From Macrostomum lignano (Eukaryota): 64,000 bases of DNA. This document shows positions 1 to 11,044 of this stretch, in pieces. The stretch lies in contig NIVC01001259.1 in assembly GCA_002269645.1 (NCBI GenBank), positions 1 through 64,000 on the forward strand, written 5' to 3'. The position numbers and the translations under genes were made by a program. Each line of letters starts with the position of its first letter. The stretch's first letter is position 1. The notes under the pieces are model-generated. The model ran no database searches, was not told where the DNA came from, and saw only the letters and a program-made list of their open reading frames with translations.

Positions 1-1840
1 GTGCACTCCAGTGCGATGCCGCGTTGGTTCTCAAGGCTCGTGGAGGCGCCTTCTTCGGGATGGAGACAATTCTTTGAAGTACGCCAGAGGGGAGCGGCCG
101 TGGCAGCTGGGTCGCCGCCGAGACAGCAGTACTTGTTCAGGATGCTAGTAATGCTGTCTGTGAGCTCTGGCAACTTCAGAACCCTGGGAGGCACTCGGTC
201 GACTCCAGAGGCAGCGTCAGCGCGCATGCTCTTCAGCGCCTTGGTAACTTTCGCGGCGGTGATCGAGCCGGTGTAGAAGTCGCCATGCTGGGCTGGGGTG
301 AAGCGGCGGTGGGGAGAAGGGAGACGTCGGGAGGGGCATTTAAAACTTGCCGGTAGTGGTCGACAAGCAGGCTCTTTCTTTGCTCGGTGGACTCAGCGCC
401 AACGATTTTGGTCGGACGAGGTCCTGTGAGGCGGTTGATTCGCTCGCCAGGCAGCGATGTGCCGGCAGTTGTCGTTGGCGGTCTTGATTTCTTGGACCAC
501 CTCCTCAATAAACACTTCAGTTCGTTGGGCGTACGTCACCTGCAGGTTGTCTCTGGCAAGTCTAGCCTGGTCGCTGTCTTCGCCGTAACGCGCAGCGCGC
601 GCTCTGTGCAGAGCGTCTGGCAGTGGCGATCACGGGGTCGCAGTCCCAAAGTGCTCTTGGCTGGTGTCCTATTTGTCTAGGCAGAACTGACGCTGCCGAC
701 CCGACGGCACTCGCAAAGGCCTCAGCTGTCTCAGTGATTGCGGGTCTCGCGTTGGAGAGCTCGGTCAGGAAGGCAGTGCGAGTCTCTGGGTTCCTCAGGT
801 CTGCCCAGAGAGGCTTCGGCGGGGGGCGTCTGAATCGCGTCCAAGAGAGGTTCAGTTCTCAGGCAACCAAGCTGTGGTCGGAAGCGACGCATCTGGGGCG
901 GATGTTGATCACTCTGCACACCCTAGAACGCATTGGGAAAAGGCAGAGGATCCAGTCCAGCCTTGTCGTTCTGCCGTTTGGGCCGAAGAAAGTCAGGAAG
1001 CTCCGCACCGGAGCTTCGCGAGCCGCTGCCGTAAAGAGCCATTCACTCCGACGAGGTTCCTAGACTGGATGAAGGTCTCCAGGAGGCGGAGTTGGCGTTG
1101 GGCACGCCCCAGTTGTTCTTCACCAGGCGGCCATCAGGGGGCCATCAGGGGGCAGGGCGCCATTTGAAGTCTCCAGCCCAAATAAAGGTCGCGAGCCGGG
1201 ATTGAGTCCAGGAGGTGGCCAAGCCTGTCGTACAGGTCTTCAGTCTCGGCGGGGTCCTCGCTGGTCCTGGGCGGCAGTGGGGGCGTAGATGCAGGCGACG
1301 TGCAACCGTCGGTTGCCTACTCGAGAAAGTCACGTGGCCGAGTCGGTTTTGTCAGGAAGCTGATGTTCAGCAGGGCTCTGTGGTGCTGCTGGCGAGAGTA
1401 AAAAGCCAATGCCTCCTGTTCACGGAGCGAGGCGGGCGCAGCTTTGAACCGCCATCGAGGCCCAGATCGGCGCTCTCGTCAGTGGCCCTGCTGTGCTCCT
1501 GAACTGCCAGGATGGAGATCTGCAGGTCGGAGGCCAGGCGAGCTAGCTCCTGCAGCCGCAGCTTGGCAGGCAGATGGGTTGGCCTGGCACCTGGGACCTC
1601 TTCGTCGCGAGCATGTGCAGTGCGGGGGGTCAGACTTGGATGGATGTCTGGCCCTCTCGGCTCCGGCTGGGCAGGCTGCGAGTCCGGGGGGGCGGCGGCG
1701 GCGGGCAGCAGCACGAAGCTCCTTGCGCCGAGCATTGAAGCGCTGTTTGCGGCGCTCAGAAGCAGTCGGTGAGTCGCCAGCTTAGTTGCCGCACAGCCCG
1801 AGGGCGGCAACACCGTTGGCACCTGGCCCGCAGGAACGGC
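1..1840 (-). mobile_element. Degenerate RTE-like non-LTR retrotransposon (AP endonuclease plus start of RT), runs off the left edge
   Basis: Manual minus-strand translation across frameshifts gives APE motifs LAVQEH, CIYAPT, GDF(N) and RLDWILC (about 1560 to 940), and RT N-terminal motifs SGVDRVPPRVLK and SKIVSIPKKG..LENQRGIALEC (about 1-270). Many frameshifts. Clade is inferred from architecture. Confidence 0.8.
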
Positions 1841-2342
1841 CGGAGGTGGGCGGCTCTAATTTACAATTGCTCAGAGTAACATGCAATGAATTGAGTCTTC
1901 GCAGTAAGAGACCGTCTTTATGTCTCTTCTCTACCGTCTTCACGCGTCTCTAAAATTATGCAAGTGAGGCTGTTAAGGCAGTCAAACATTCAACAAAATT
2001 AAATATATTAATACTACTTTTTATTGGAAGATCCGAACCGATTCTGGTTCTGGAATTGGTAATGTAAAAAGCCTACATGAGAATTGCCGCCGAGATTTGC
2101 CACGTTCGTTTTGCCCGCGAGTGAATTGCCCGCAGAACTTTGCCACAATGCTTTTTTCCTGCAACGTATTTAGCACGCGGCAGATTTTGTCTGCGTTGCC
2201 CCAATGCTTTAGTATTCTTAAGCAGTTATACCATCGAACTAGGTTTTGATCGGGTAAATCTCCCTAATTGAATTCTAAGCATTGTAGGCAAACCTCGGCG
2301 GGCACATCTCGGCGGGAAAAATTTGTTTGCTGGCAATTTCGT

Positions 2343-3140
2343 GGGCCAGGTGACAAAACGGTGTCGCCGTCACTTTCGTGACTGTCGGGGCGGCAACTGA
2401 GCTGGAGACCACAGTGGACGCCGAAGTGAGCTGGACTCTGCGCGCCGCCGGCAGCGCTTTAATTTTTGGCGCTAGGAGCTCCGCACCGGAGCCCGAGTGC
2501 CAGCACCTCCACCCAACCGGCAACCCGCCGCAATGCACGCGCAAGCAAAACAGACGCAGAGACGAGCCGACCAACCAACACTTTTGGCCCAGATTCGGCT
2601 CGCCAACTTTTAACACCCGCGCACCCTGATCAGTCACCCGCTGTAGGCTGCAGCTGGAGCTGACCCGGTTGGCGGCCGACTGCTGGGCATCTCAGTTCTG
2701 GCTGTCCAAGAGCATTGCAGGAGCACGGACGAAAGCGCAGGCCTGGGCCTCGGTGGCGGCCTTGAATTGGCTTCGGGGGGTGTTGGCTTCCTGCCCTCGC
2801 CCGCCGCTTCCAATGCAAAGCCCTGCTGGACATCCGGCCGGTTTCCCCTCTTAAGCGCCTTGGTCAAGCGGCTTTTGCCCTGAAGGACAGGCGCGCCTGC
2901 ATGTTGTCTGCGTGTATGCCCGATAGCCCCTTGCACCAGCAAGAATCCCGCAGAGACTGAGGTCCTCTACGATACCCTGGTCACCTGCTGGATCTAATTC
3001 CATCCCGCGATATCTTGTTTTCGTTGTCGGTGACTTCAATGCGCCTTTGCCGGCTGATGGCCGCCTGGTGAAGAATTTCTGAAGAATTACCGATCGCCAA
3101 GTCTGCCTATCTGTCCAGCTTCACCCAGGCAAGGACCACT
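2343..3140 (+). mobile_element. Second, 3'-truncated copy of the same LINE family (5' region plus endonuclease)
   Basis: Starts gggccaggtgacaaaacggtgtcgccg, homologous to the reverse complement of about 1770-1830. Encodes RLATFNTR, (V)LAVQEH, VVCVYA and VFVVGDFNAP (about 3020-3045) across frameshifts. Confidence 0.75.
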
Positions 3141-3806
3141 AGAAGTTACCGTTGTATCAGGACGTAACAGTCTTCTTAAATATTGCAAAAATATTTGAGG
3201 GCCTGTCTGTTTGAAGCATCAGCTAAATGTTACGAGCGCTAGAAATAAAAGAGAAATATTCGCTCACGCCAGTGCGGTTGCACTCCTGAAAGCAGGCAGA
3301 GAGACCAAATGAACATATGCGTGACGGAAATTTCCAATCAACCTCTTTCCCCAGCAGAAAAAATTAAAGATGTGACACAAAATTTGAAGCTGGGAATACA
3401 AAAATAATCTCTACACATCATGTATGAATACGCAAATGTCTATTTGCGCCTCCAAAATGCCTTGAAAATGCACAACCCATACCATTTATTTAGCTTACAT
3501 TTATACTCGTACAAGTAAATTAATTCAAGGAATCACATGTAGCTATATATAATACACGTTCGCACTCGTGCAAAAGGTCAATAAGCATTTGCCTTCAATT
3601 TTGCTGAATCATTTTAATTCACCGCATTCTCAATCGTATCTGTAGTGCCGGGCCAGTTCTCCGCATGGTCGAATATAAAGAAACAACTAAAATTTCAACG
3701 AAGAAGTGGCAAAAAATTCGCAAACACCTAAGGTGCGTGACCTATCTTTTGAGCCTGTAGGACCATAAGGCGAATCTCCCAGCAGACTGCACTCAGTTCG
3801 GATCGA

Positions 3807-3813
3807 TATAAAA
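3807..3813 (+). promoter_or_regulatory. Candidate TATA box of PLA2 paralog 1
   Basis: TATAAAA about 110 bp upstream of the ATG at 3925; position only. Confidence 0.35.
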
Positions 3814-3924
3814 GCTAGGGAATGTTCAACTAGGACGTGTCGGAATCAAACTTTTAATACTTCGGGAAGCCAGCTGCACCTTTGTTAATTTGATTTCTAG
3901 CTAGCACGCCAGGATCGAGGCAGA

Positions 3925-6900
3925 ATGAAGTTGATATTCGCTTTGCTGCTGCTTGCATTGTCGGCTCAGCTGCTATTCGTTGATGCCGCCCAGCTGCTCA
4001 ACAGGCAGCGCAGGCGCATCGACCAGCTGGGTCACATGATCTCCGCCACCACCGGCCATCACTATGCCGCGTACATCGGCTACGGCAACTACTGCGGCCC
4101 CGGCGGCGCGGGCGTGCCGGTGGACAATCTGGATGCGTGAGTGCGGGCTGGGGAGCGTTCTCGTCCAAGATTTGATATTTATGCGCTTTGATACTACTGA
4201 AATTAATATCTACTGCAATGCTCGAAGCTCAACATGATAATGTGAAAGTGATTTCACCTTGGTTCAAACAATGAAATGGCGCCTCTCTCTCAAACGAAAT
4301 GGCGCCTCTCTCTATCAAATGAAATAGCGCCTCTCTCTCAAATGATATGGCGCCTCTCTCTCAAATGAAATAGCGCCTCTCTCTCAAATGAAATAGCGCC
4401 TCTCTCTCAAATGATATGGCGCCTCTCTCTCAAATGAAATGGCGCCTCTCTCTCTCAAATGAAATGGCGCCTCTCTCTCAAATGATATGGCGCCTCTCTC
4501 TCTCAAATGAAATGGCGCCTCTCTCTCAAATGATATGGCGCCTCTCTCTCTCAAATGAAATGGCGCCTCTCTCTCTCAAATTGAATGGCACCTCTCTCTC
4601 AAATGAAATGGCGCCTCTCTCTCTCAAATAAAAATAGCGCCTCTCTCTCTCAAATAAAAATAGCGCCTCTCTCTCTCAAATAAAATGGCGCCTCTCTCTC
4701 AAATGAAATGGCGCCTCTCTCTCAAATGATATGGCGCCTCTCTCTCAAATGAAATGGCACCTCTCTCTCAAATTAAATAGCGCCTCTCTCTCAAATAAAA
4801 TGGCGCCTCTCTCTCAAATGATATGGCGCCTCTCTCTCACAAATGATAAGGCGCCTCTCTCTCAAATGAAATGGCGCCTCTCTCTCAAATTGAATGGCGC
4901 CTCTCTCTCAGATAAAATGGCGCCTCTTTCTCAAATGAAATAGCGCCTTTCTTAAATGAAATGGCGCCTCTCTCAAATCAAATGGCGCCTATCTTAAACG
5001 AAATGGCGCCTCTCTCAAATGAAATGGCGCCTATCTTAAATGAAATGGCGCCTCTCTCTCAAATTAAATGGCGCATTTCACACAAATGAAATGTCTTTCT
5101 CTTTTTCAGATGAAATGGCGCCTCTCTCTCAAATGAAATGGCGCCTCTCTCTCTCAAATGAAATGGCGCTTCTCTCTCAAACGAAATTGCGGCTCTCTCT
5201 CTAAAATGAAATGGCGCCTCTCTCTCAAACGAAATTGCGGCTCTCTCTTTCAAACGAAATGGCGCCTCTCTCTCTTAAACGAAATGGCGCCTCTCTCTCA
5301 AACGAAATGGCGCCTCTCTCTCAAATGTAATGGCGCCTCTCAAATGTAATGGCGCCTCTCAAATGAAATGGTGCCTCTTCTCTCAAATGAAATGGCGCCT
5401 CTCTCTCAAATTAAATAACGCCTCTCAAATGAAATGGCGCCTCTCTCTCAAATTAAATAACGCCTCTCAAATGAAATGGCGCCTCTCTCTCTTTCTCAAA
5501 TGAAATGGTGCCTCTTTGACTTACTTTACTTAGCTGCAGGGTCTCCGTGCGTCCGGAAACAGCGAGGAGGCGTTGCCGCCCATTTCGCTAGGAGGTGGAT
5601 TGTCGCTCGCCCGGTAGCCCTTAGATAGCGGATGAGCTGGCAGAGATTCTCGGGCCTGAAAACGTCGGAGAGGTCCGGGTTTGGGCCGAGGTAGGTGAGC
5701 CTGTCCTGAGTAAAGGCGGGGCATTCACAGATGAAGTGCTCCGCATTCTCGACACCGGAGAGGCAGAAAGGGCACTCCTCACTGCGGATTTTCCCCTGGA
5801 GGTGACGATGCCTGGCAAAGCAGCCATGACCCTAGAGGGCCATGGTCACCGTCCTGATGTCCCTGCGGTTGAGTCCAAGCAGGGCCCTGCGCAGGGCGGA
5901 GGAAGGACAGGGGACAGCCGCGCGGGATTGCCGGCAGTCGGGGCGTTAGCCCACCTCTCCCTGTGCTTAGAAGCCACCCACTGTTTGATCCGAGTGGTGA
6001 CAACGGCGATGGGGGTGGGGGCCACGGGCAGGGGACCAGTGAAAGAACCGGTCGAGCCAGCCTTGGCCAGGCGATGCAGTCGAGGACTGTACGCAAGCAG
6101 GTGGTGGTGCGCTCAAGGGCGTGAATCGCCGCTTGACTGTCTGAGTGGAGGGTTATCTCCTTCCCCCAGACGCGCTGATTGTACAGCTCCATGGCGCAGG
6201 AGCTGATGGCGAGAACTTCGTTCTGGAAGACGGTGAGCAGGTGCCGGTGTGTTGGGAGAAGGTCGCCACAGTTCTCCCTCCAGACACGATGCAGTAGCCG
6301 TAGCCAGAGGCGAAGTTGATTTGGATTTGGATTTGGTCAAGCAGACGGCGGGTTGTTCTCATTGCCTCCCCTCTAACAAAGAGGTCGAGGGGGAATGTCC
6401 AAGAAGGAGTTCATGCCGGCAAAGGGCGTAGAGGGAGCCGCGCTCATGATAGCTCGACAAGCGCGGCCTTGCACCCTATTTAGAACCTCAAGAACCCCTT
6501 TCACCTCTAGGGCACTATTCCAAATGAAGCCGGCGAAGGAGATGGCCGGTCTAACAATGGCAGTGTAGATCCACCGAAGGCGGCGGGGGTGAGGCCCCAG
6601 GTAGCACCGAAAGCTCCGCGGATCTGCGCGAGAGTCGCGAGAGCTTTGCGGGCTTTGGTTTGGACGTGCGGGGTCCAGCTCAACCTGTGGTCGAGGGTGA
6701 CGCCCAGACATCTGGTTTGTTTCTCCATGGCAACAGGTTTGCCATAGAGGGAGAGCGGTTCGATCCTCAGTTTCGGCGGCTGGTGAACATGATAGCCACG
6801 GTTTTAGACTCAGAGAACCTGAGACCGCAGCTATGTGCTCAGCGCTCGGCACGGTGGATGAAGGCTTGAAGGAGGTCCCTGAGGACCGCGGGTGATGGTC

Positions 6901-9900
6901 CAGCCACAGTGACGGTAACATCGTCCGCATAGCCGACCTCCTGAACTGGGTCCGGATGCGGGCTGCAAAGCAGCTCGTCCATGACTAAATTCCAGAGGAT
7001 CGGGTTGAGGACTCCACCTCGCGGTCCGCCTTTCTGGACTTCCACGGAGCGTGAGTGTCCCAGGAGGTGGCAGTACGATGGGAGACCATGTACATGATCC
7101 AGCGAGTGAGGTGCTCATGCGTGCCCCGGGATTCCAGGGCCCGCTTAAAGGCATCAAAGAGCACATTATTGAAAGCACCATCAATGTCGAGGAAAAGCGA
7201 CAGCGCGTATCCACTGCCAAGCACGGCGCGCTCCAGCTTGTCGACAATTGCGTGCAGCGCACTTTCGATGGAGCGTCCAGGACGAAAGGCGTGCTGATTA
7301 GGGGAGAGCGGGGAGTTCCTCAGCTCAACGAGGAGGCGTCAGAGCACCAGCCGTTCCATCAGTTTGAGGAAGAAAGACGTCAGACTGATAGGGCGGTAAG
7401 CTTTGGCAGAATGATAGTCTCCCTTCCCTGGTAGTCTCATCTTGCCAGGCTTTTGGCACGTACCCGAGGGTAATGCTGGCCTTGAAGAGGTTGCAGAGGA
7501 GGCCGAGAAACCTGTCATTTTTAACTACCTCATGGAGGAAGGCAGGATAAATGCTGTCAGGTCCCGGTGACTTGAAAGGAGAGAAGGATTTTGCGGCGCG
7601 AGCCATCCTCTCTCTGGTAATGATGGTCGAAGCCAGGATCTGTCCGCCCGGAGAGTGGTCCGGTGGGCCTAGCTGCGGTGCGGCACGTGGGAAAAAAGAG
7701 CTGGTGAGCATAATGTCCAGCGATTCCCCAGGGTTCTCAGCGAGCCGGCCGTCCGGTCTTTTAATGACTGAGAGCTTTGACATTTTGTCGAGGGTGAGAG
7801 CCTTAACTACGCGCGAAGTAGGGCGGGTGCCTTCTAACTCCGCGCAGTATTGGCGCCATTTGTCGGACTTGGCTTTCCTGGTTTCACGCTTAAAGTCGCG
7901 GATCGCTTCTTGGTAGGCGGCCAGGTCAGCTGGGTCCTTGCTCTTGCGAGCTTTCCGTTGGAGGCTCGCCTTTGCCTTGCGCCGGAGGGATCCAAGCGCC
8001 GGGTGCCACCAGGGGGCGGATTTTTTGCCTTTGTAGGCTTTAAGAGGACAGGAAGCCTGATGGGCTGTCAGGACGGTCTTGCTGAGCAAGTCTGCAAGGT
8101 CATCCACTTCCTGACAGGTGGTTGGAGCGGCGGTAGACAGCTGATCTGTCTGGCATTTCAGGGTTTCCGTGAAAGCCGTCCAGTCAGTGTTCCGGACGTT
8201 CCTTTTCCACAGGATGTGAGGCTTGGGGCAAGAGGATTGCAATCGAAAACGAACGAAGCGATGGTCAGACAGAGATTCCTCTTCGTCCCACACCTCCCAG
8301 TCCTTGACTAAAGGAGTCAAGCCATGGGAGACGAGGGTAACGTCGAGGGCCTCCGTCCATCGCCCGTTGTCAAAGGTGGGGGTTCCACCAATGTTGCAAA
8401 ACTCAGTATTGGTGGTGCAGATGTAAGCAAGGAGTTCCTCGCCTCTGCTGTTGGAAGTATTACTGCCCCAGTGGGTGTGGTGAGCGTTGACGTCGCCCGC
8501 CACCAACAGCTCGAACCTACGGTTAGAGCAGTAGTCCACGAGGGAGATGAGGTTGGGTGGAACCGCGGGGCCATCGCCAGGGATATAAATCGAGGCGATG
8601 ATGACCGTGCGGTTGGTGATAAATGGTTGAATTGAATGACACAAAGGTCTCTGTCAGAGAGGTCCGGTCTGTGCCAAGCTTTGAGATGGGTTAACATGGC
8701 TGCTCTGGGGTTTTGGGGGTCTTGAAAGCAGTCAAAACCAGCAGGAATATTCAGAATCTTACCTTTCTTTGTCCAGGGCTCCTGGATTAGGATAATGCCC
8801 GGTTTCACAAAGTTTGCCACCCGCATCAGGTTGGTCGAGGCCGCGATGCAGTGGTGTAGGTTTAGCTGCAGGATGTCCACTCCGGGGAATCCACGAGTGG
8901 TCCGCGCAGCTTCCTGCCGGCTCAAGGCGAGTTGTGCAGGAGAGTCGCCTCTTCTGCCTCGCCGATAGCTCCAGGCTCCAGTTCCATGGGCTCCTCCCGG
9001 ATGGTCTCCATGGTCGAGGGCGGGCCGCCACCTGGGCGGCATTCTCGCTCTCGGCCCGGTTTTCCGGGGGGCCGCAGTGGTGACACTGGGCTGGGGGTTG
9101 CTGCGGTTGTGGGCCCTGGCGGTGTCCAGCAGCTGCTTTGCGCGCTGAGTCAGACCAGAGCGTATGGTCTTCCGGGCGGGTTTCCGGCCCTTTCCACGTC
9201 CGCCTGTTGCTGCAGCTTTCGCGGCTTTCCCCCTGACGGGGTCCACGTCCTCGGAGGGGTCGTGACGACCGGGAGCTTCTTTTACTGGGCGTTTCCGCCC
9301 GGCAGAGTCCCCGCTCGCCCGCCTACGTTTCTCCGGGGGCGGTGGACGGGTGGCGTCAGACTCAAAGCTAAAGAGCTGAATCTGCATCAGCCCGACAGAG
9401 ATGAGAGACATGTCCGGATAGCGGAGCATCCAGCTATCCGACAGTCCAAGAATAGCCGTGAAGTCGTTTCCGCCCGGCTTGGAGATGGTCTCGTGAACTA
9501 CGACACCGTTTGCCGGTAGCTCCGGGTTGGTAGCCACTAGCAGGTGACGCAGCTCGTCGGCCTTGGTGATGCAGCTGCGAGCCGGGATCCAGGCACGGTG
9601 CCGGTGTGTCCGGGGTCGTTCATCCTCCCTGTAGATAAACAGGTTTTCCAGCTCGGTGCCCCAGTCGAAGGTTTTCAGCAGCTCGAGGAGCTGCTGTCCT
9701 GACTGGCTGTCGGCGGGCTGGATATGGAGGGCTTGGTCCTCGACTTTCGTCTTTTGGACTGGAATGGTGGTGCCGCTCAAGGCCATCTTGACCAGGTGGG
9801 AGTCCAACCTGCGCCAGATAAGGTCGAGCTGTTCGGCCGTAAGAGGCGTCTCCTGGCCTTGGATAACCTGGGCCGGCCGCCTCTTGGCCATAGCCGCGTA

Positions 9901-10970
9901 GGTGCGCTTCGGCTTGGTGGTTTGGCCAGCGCCCCCCGTTTTGGATCCCTCCACGGCCGTGGGAGCTTCCACACTGCAGAGGTCCCGCCACGGGAGGGGC
10001 CAGCCGCACCAGGAGCTTCGGCGGCACCTGATGCATCTGGCCGGCGCGCGGGGTCCACCCCCTTGTCGGATGTCGGCTCCTCCGCGGGGTTCGCAGAGTT
10101 CCGGCACCCTCCTCGGAGGGCGGCTTTCGCATTCCTCCGTTCCTCCGCTTTGCGCTGGAGAAAGACTACGGGCCCTCGTTTTAGAAATCTGAGGTCCGCT
10201 GTCTTGTTGTCCAGCCACTCCGGTGTTGTCCTGAGCGGCGGCAGCGGCAGACTGAGAGAGGCACCGGAGGTTCCGGTGTTGCGAATGTCCGGCTGGGCCG
10301 CGGTACCAACCTCGGTTGGTGCTCCAGCAGCCTCGGGCGTGTTGGATGTAAATGAATACTCCATGAGTCGCTGAAAGGCGAATGGGGACCAGAGGTGAGA
10401 AGCTGCTGGGCCGTAACCCCAAACCCACCAGCCAGGCCAAGAGGTAGCGACCGGGGGCTGGTTTAAGCCCTTACCGGCCCGACCGCTAGCAACCGAGAAA
10501 CTTGGCTAAGAGCCCGGCTTGGAAAAACCAGAGGCCGAAACCAAAGTACCATCAGCGCGGTACTACACTGGGCCCTTGAGGGAAGCAGGAGGAGTGCCTC
10601 CGGAGCCTGCGGACTGGCCGCATACCCTGTTAAGGTCATAGGGTGATACCTGTTCCTCAGAGCCGTGACCAGAGGTACCTGATACGCACAGGTTCACTTC
10701 CGGGCGGAGCCCGTACCCAACTTGGCCAACAGGCCACGGATGGGTTGCCGCCGCCGGAGCCCAGTCAGTCCAGCAGCCCTAGAGCTGCCTTGAACACATG
10801 CGGGGCGTGAACCCCTGGGTCGGCTTGTGAGTCAGCTTGGAGAGAGTTCTCCCGCCATTCCTGCACCAGAATAGAGGGGGTGCAGGTGTGTAGGATCGCA
10901 GACCTTAGCTCGTAGGCCTGGTCTGTCTCATGCTACACAGGCGTGCTGAACCCACCTTGCATGCATGGTG

Positions 10971-11044
<74 letters not shown>

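Larger units (their letters stand above)
5516..10964 (-). mobile_element. LOA-clade-like (R1 group) non-LTR retrotransposon, both ends intact, internally damaged
   Basis: ORF1, then APE ([33 protein letters not shown]), RT ([30 protein letters not shown]) and RNase H remnant (HSDSQAAI). 3' tail is short aagt repeats at 5516-5532. 11-bp TSD atggtgcctct at 5505-5515 and 10965-10975. Confidence 0.9.

Noticed and set aside
8317-10440. 707-aa ORF suggesting a natural ORF1-ORF2 fusion
   Set aside because: It starts out of frame with the ORF1 ATG, and an acidic ORF1 C-terminus with a stop lies in another frame near 8920-9020; more likely a by-product of frameshifts.
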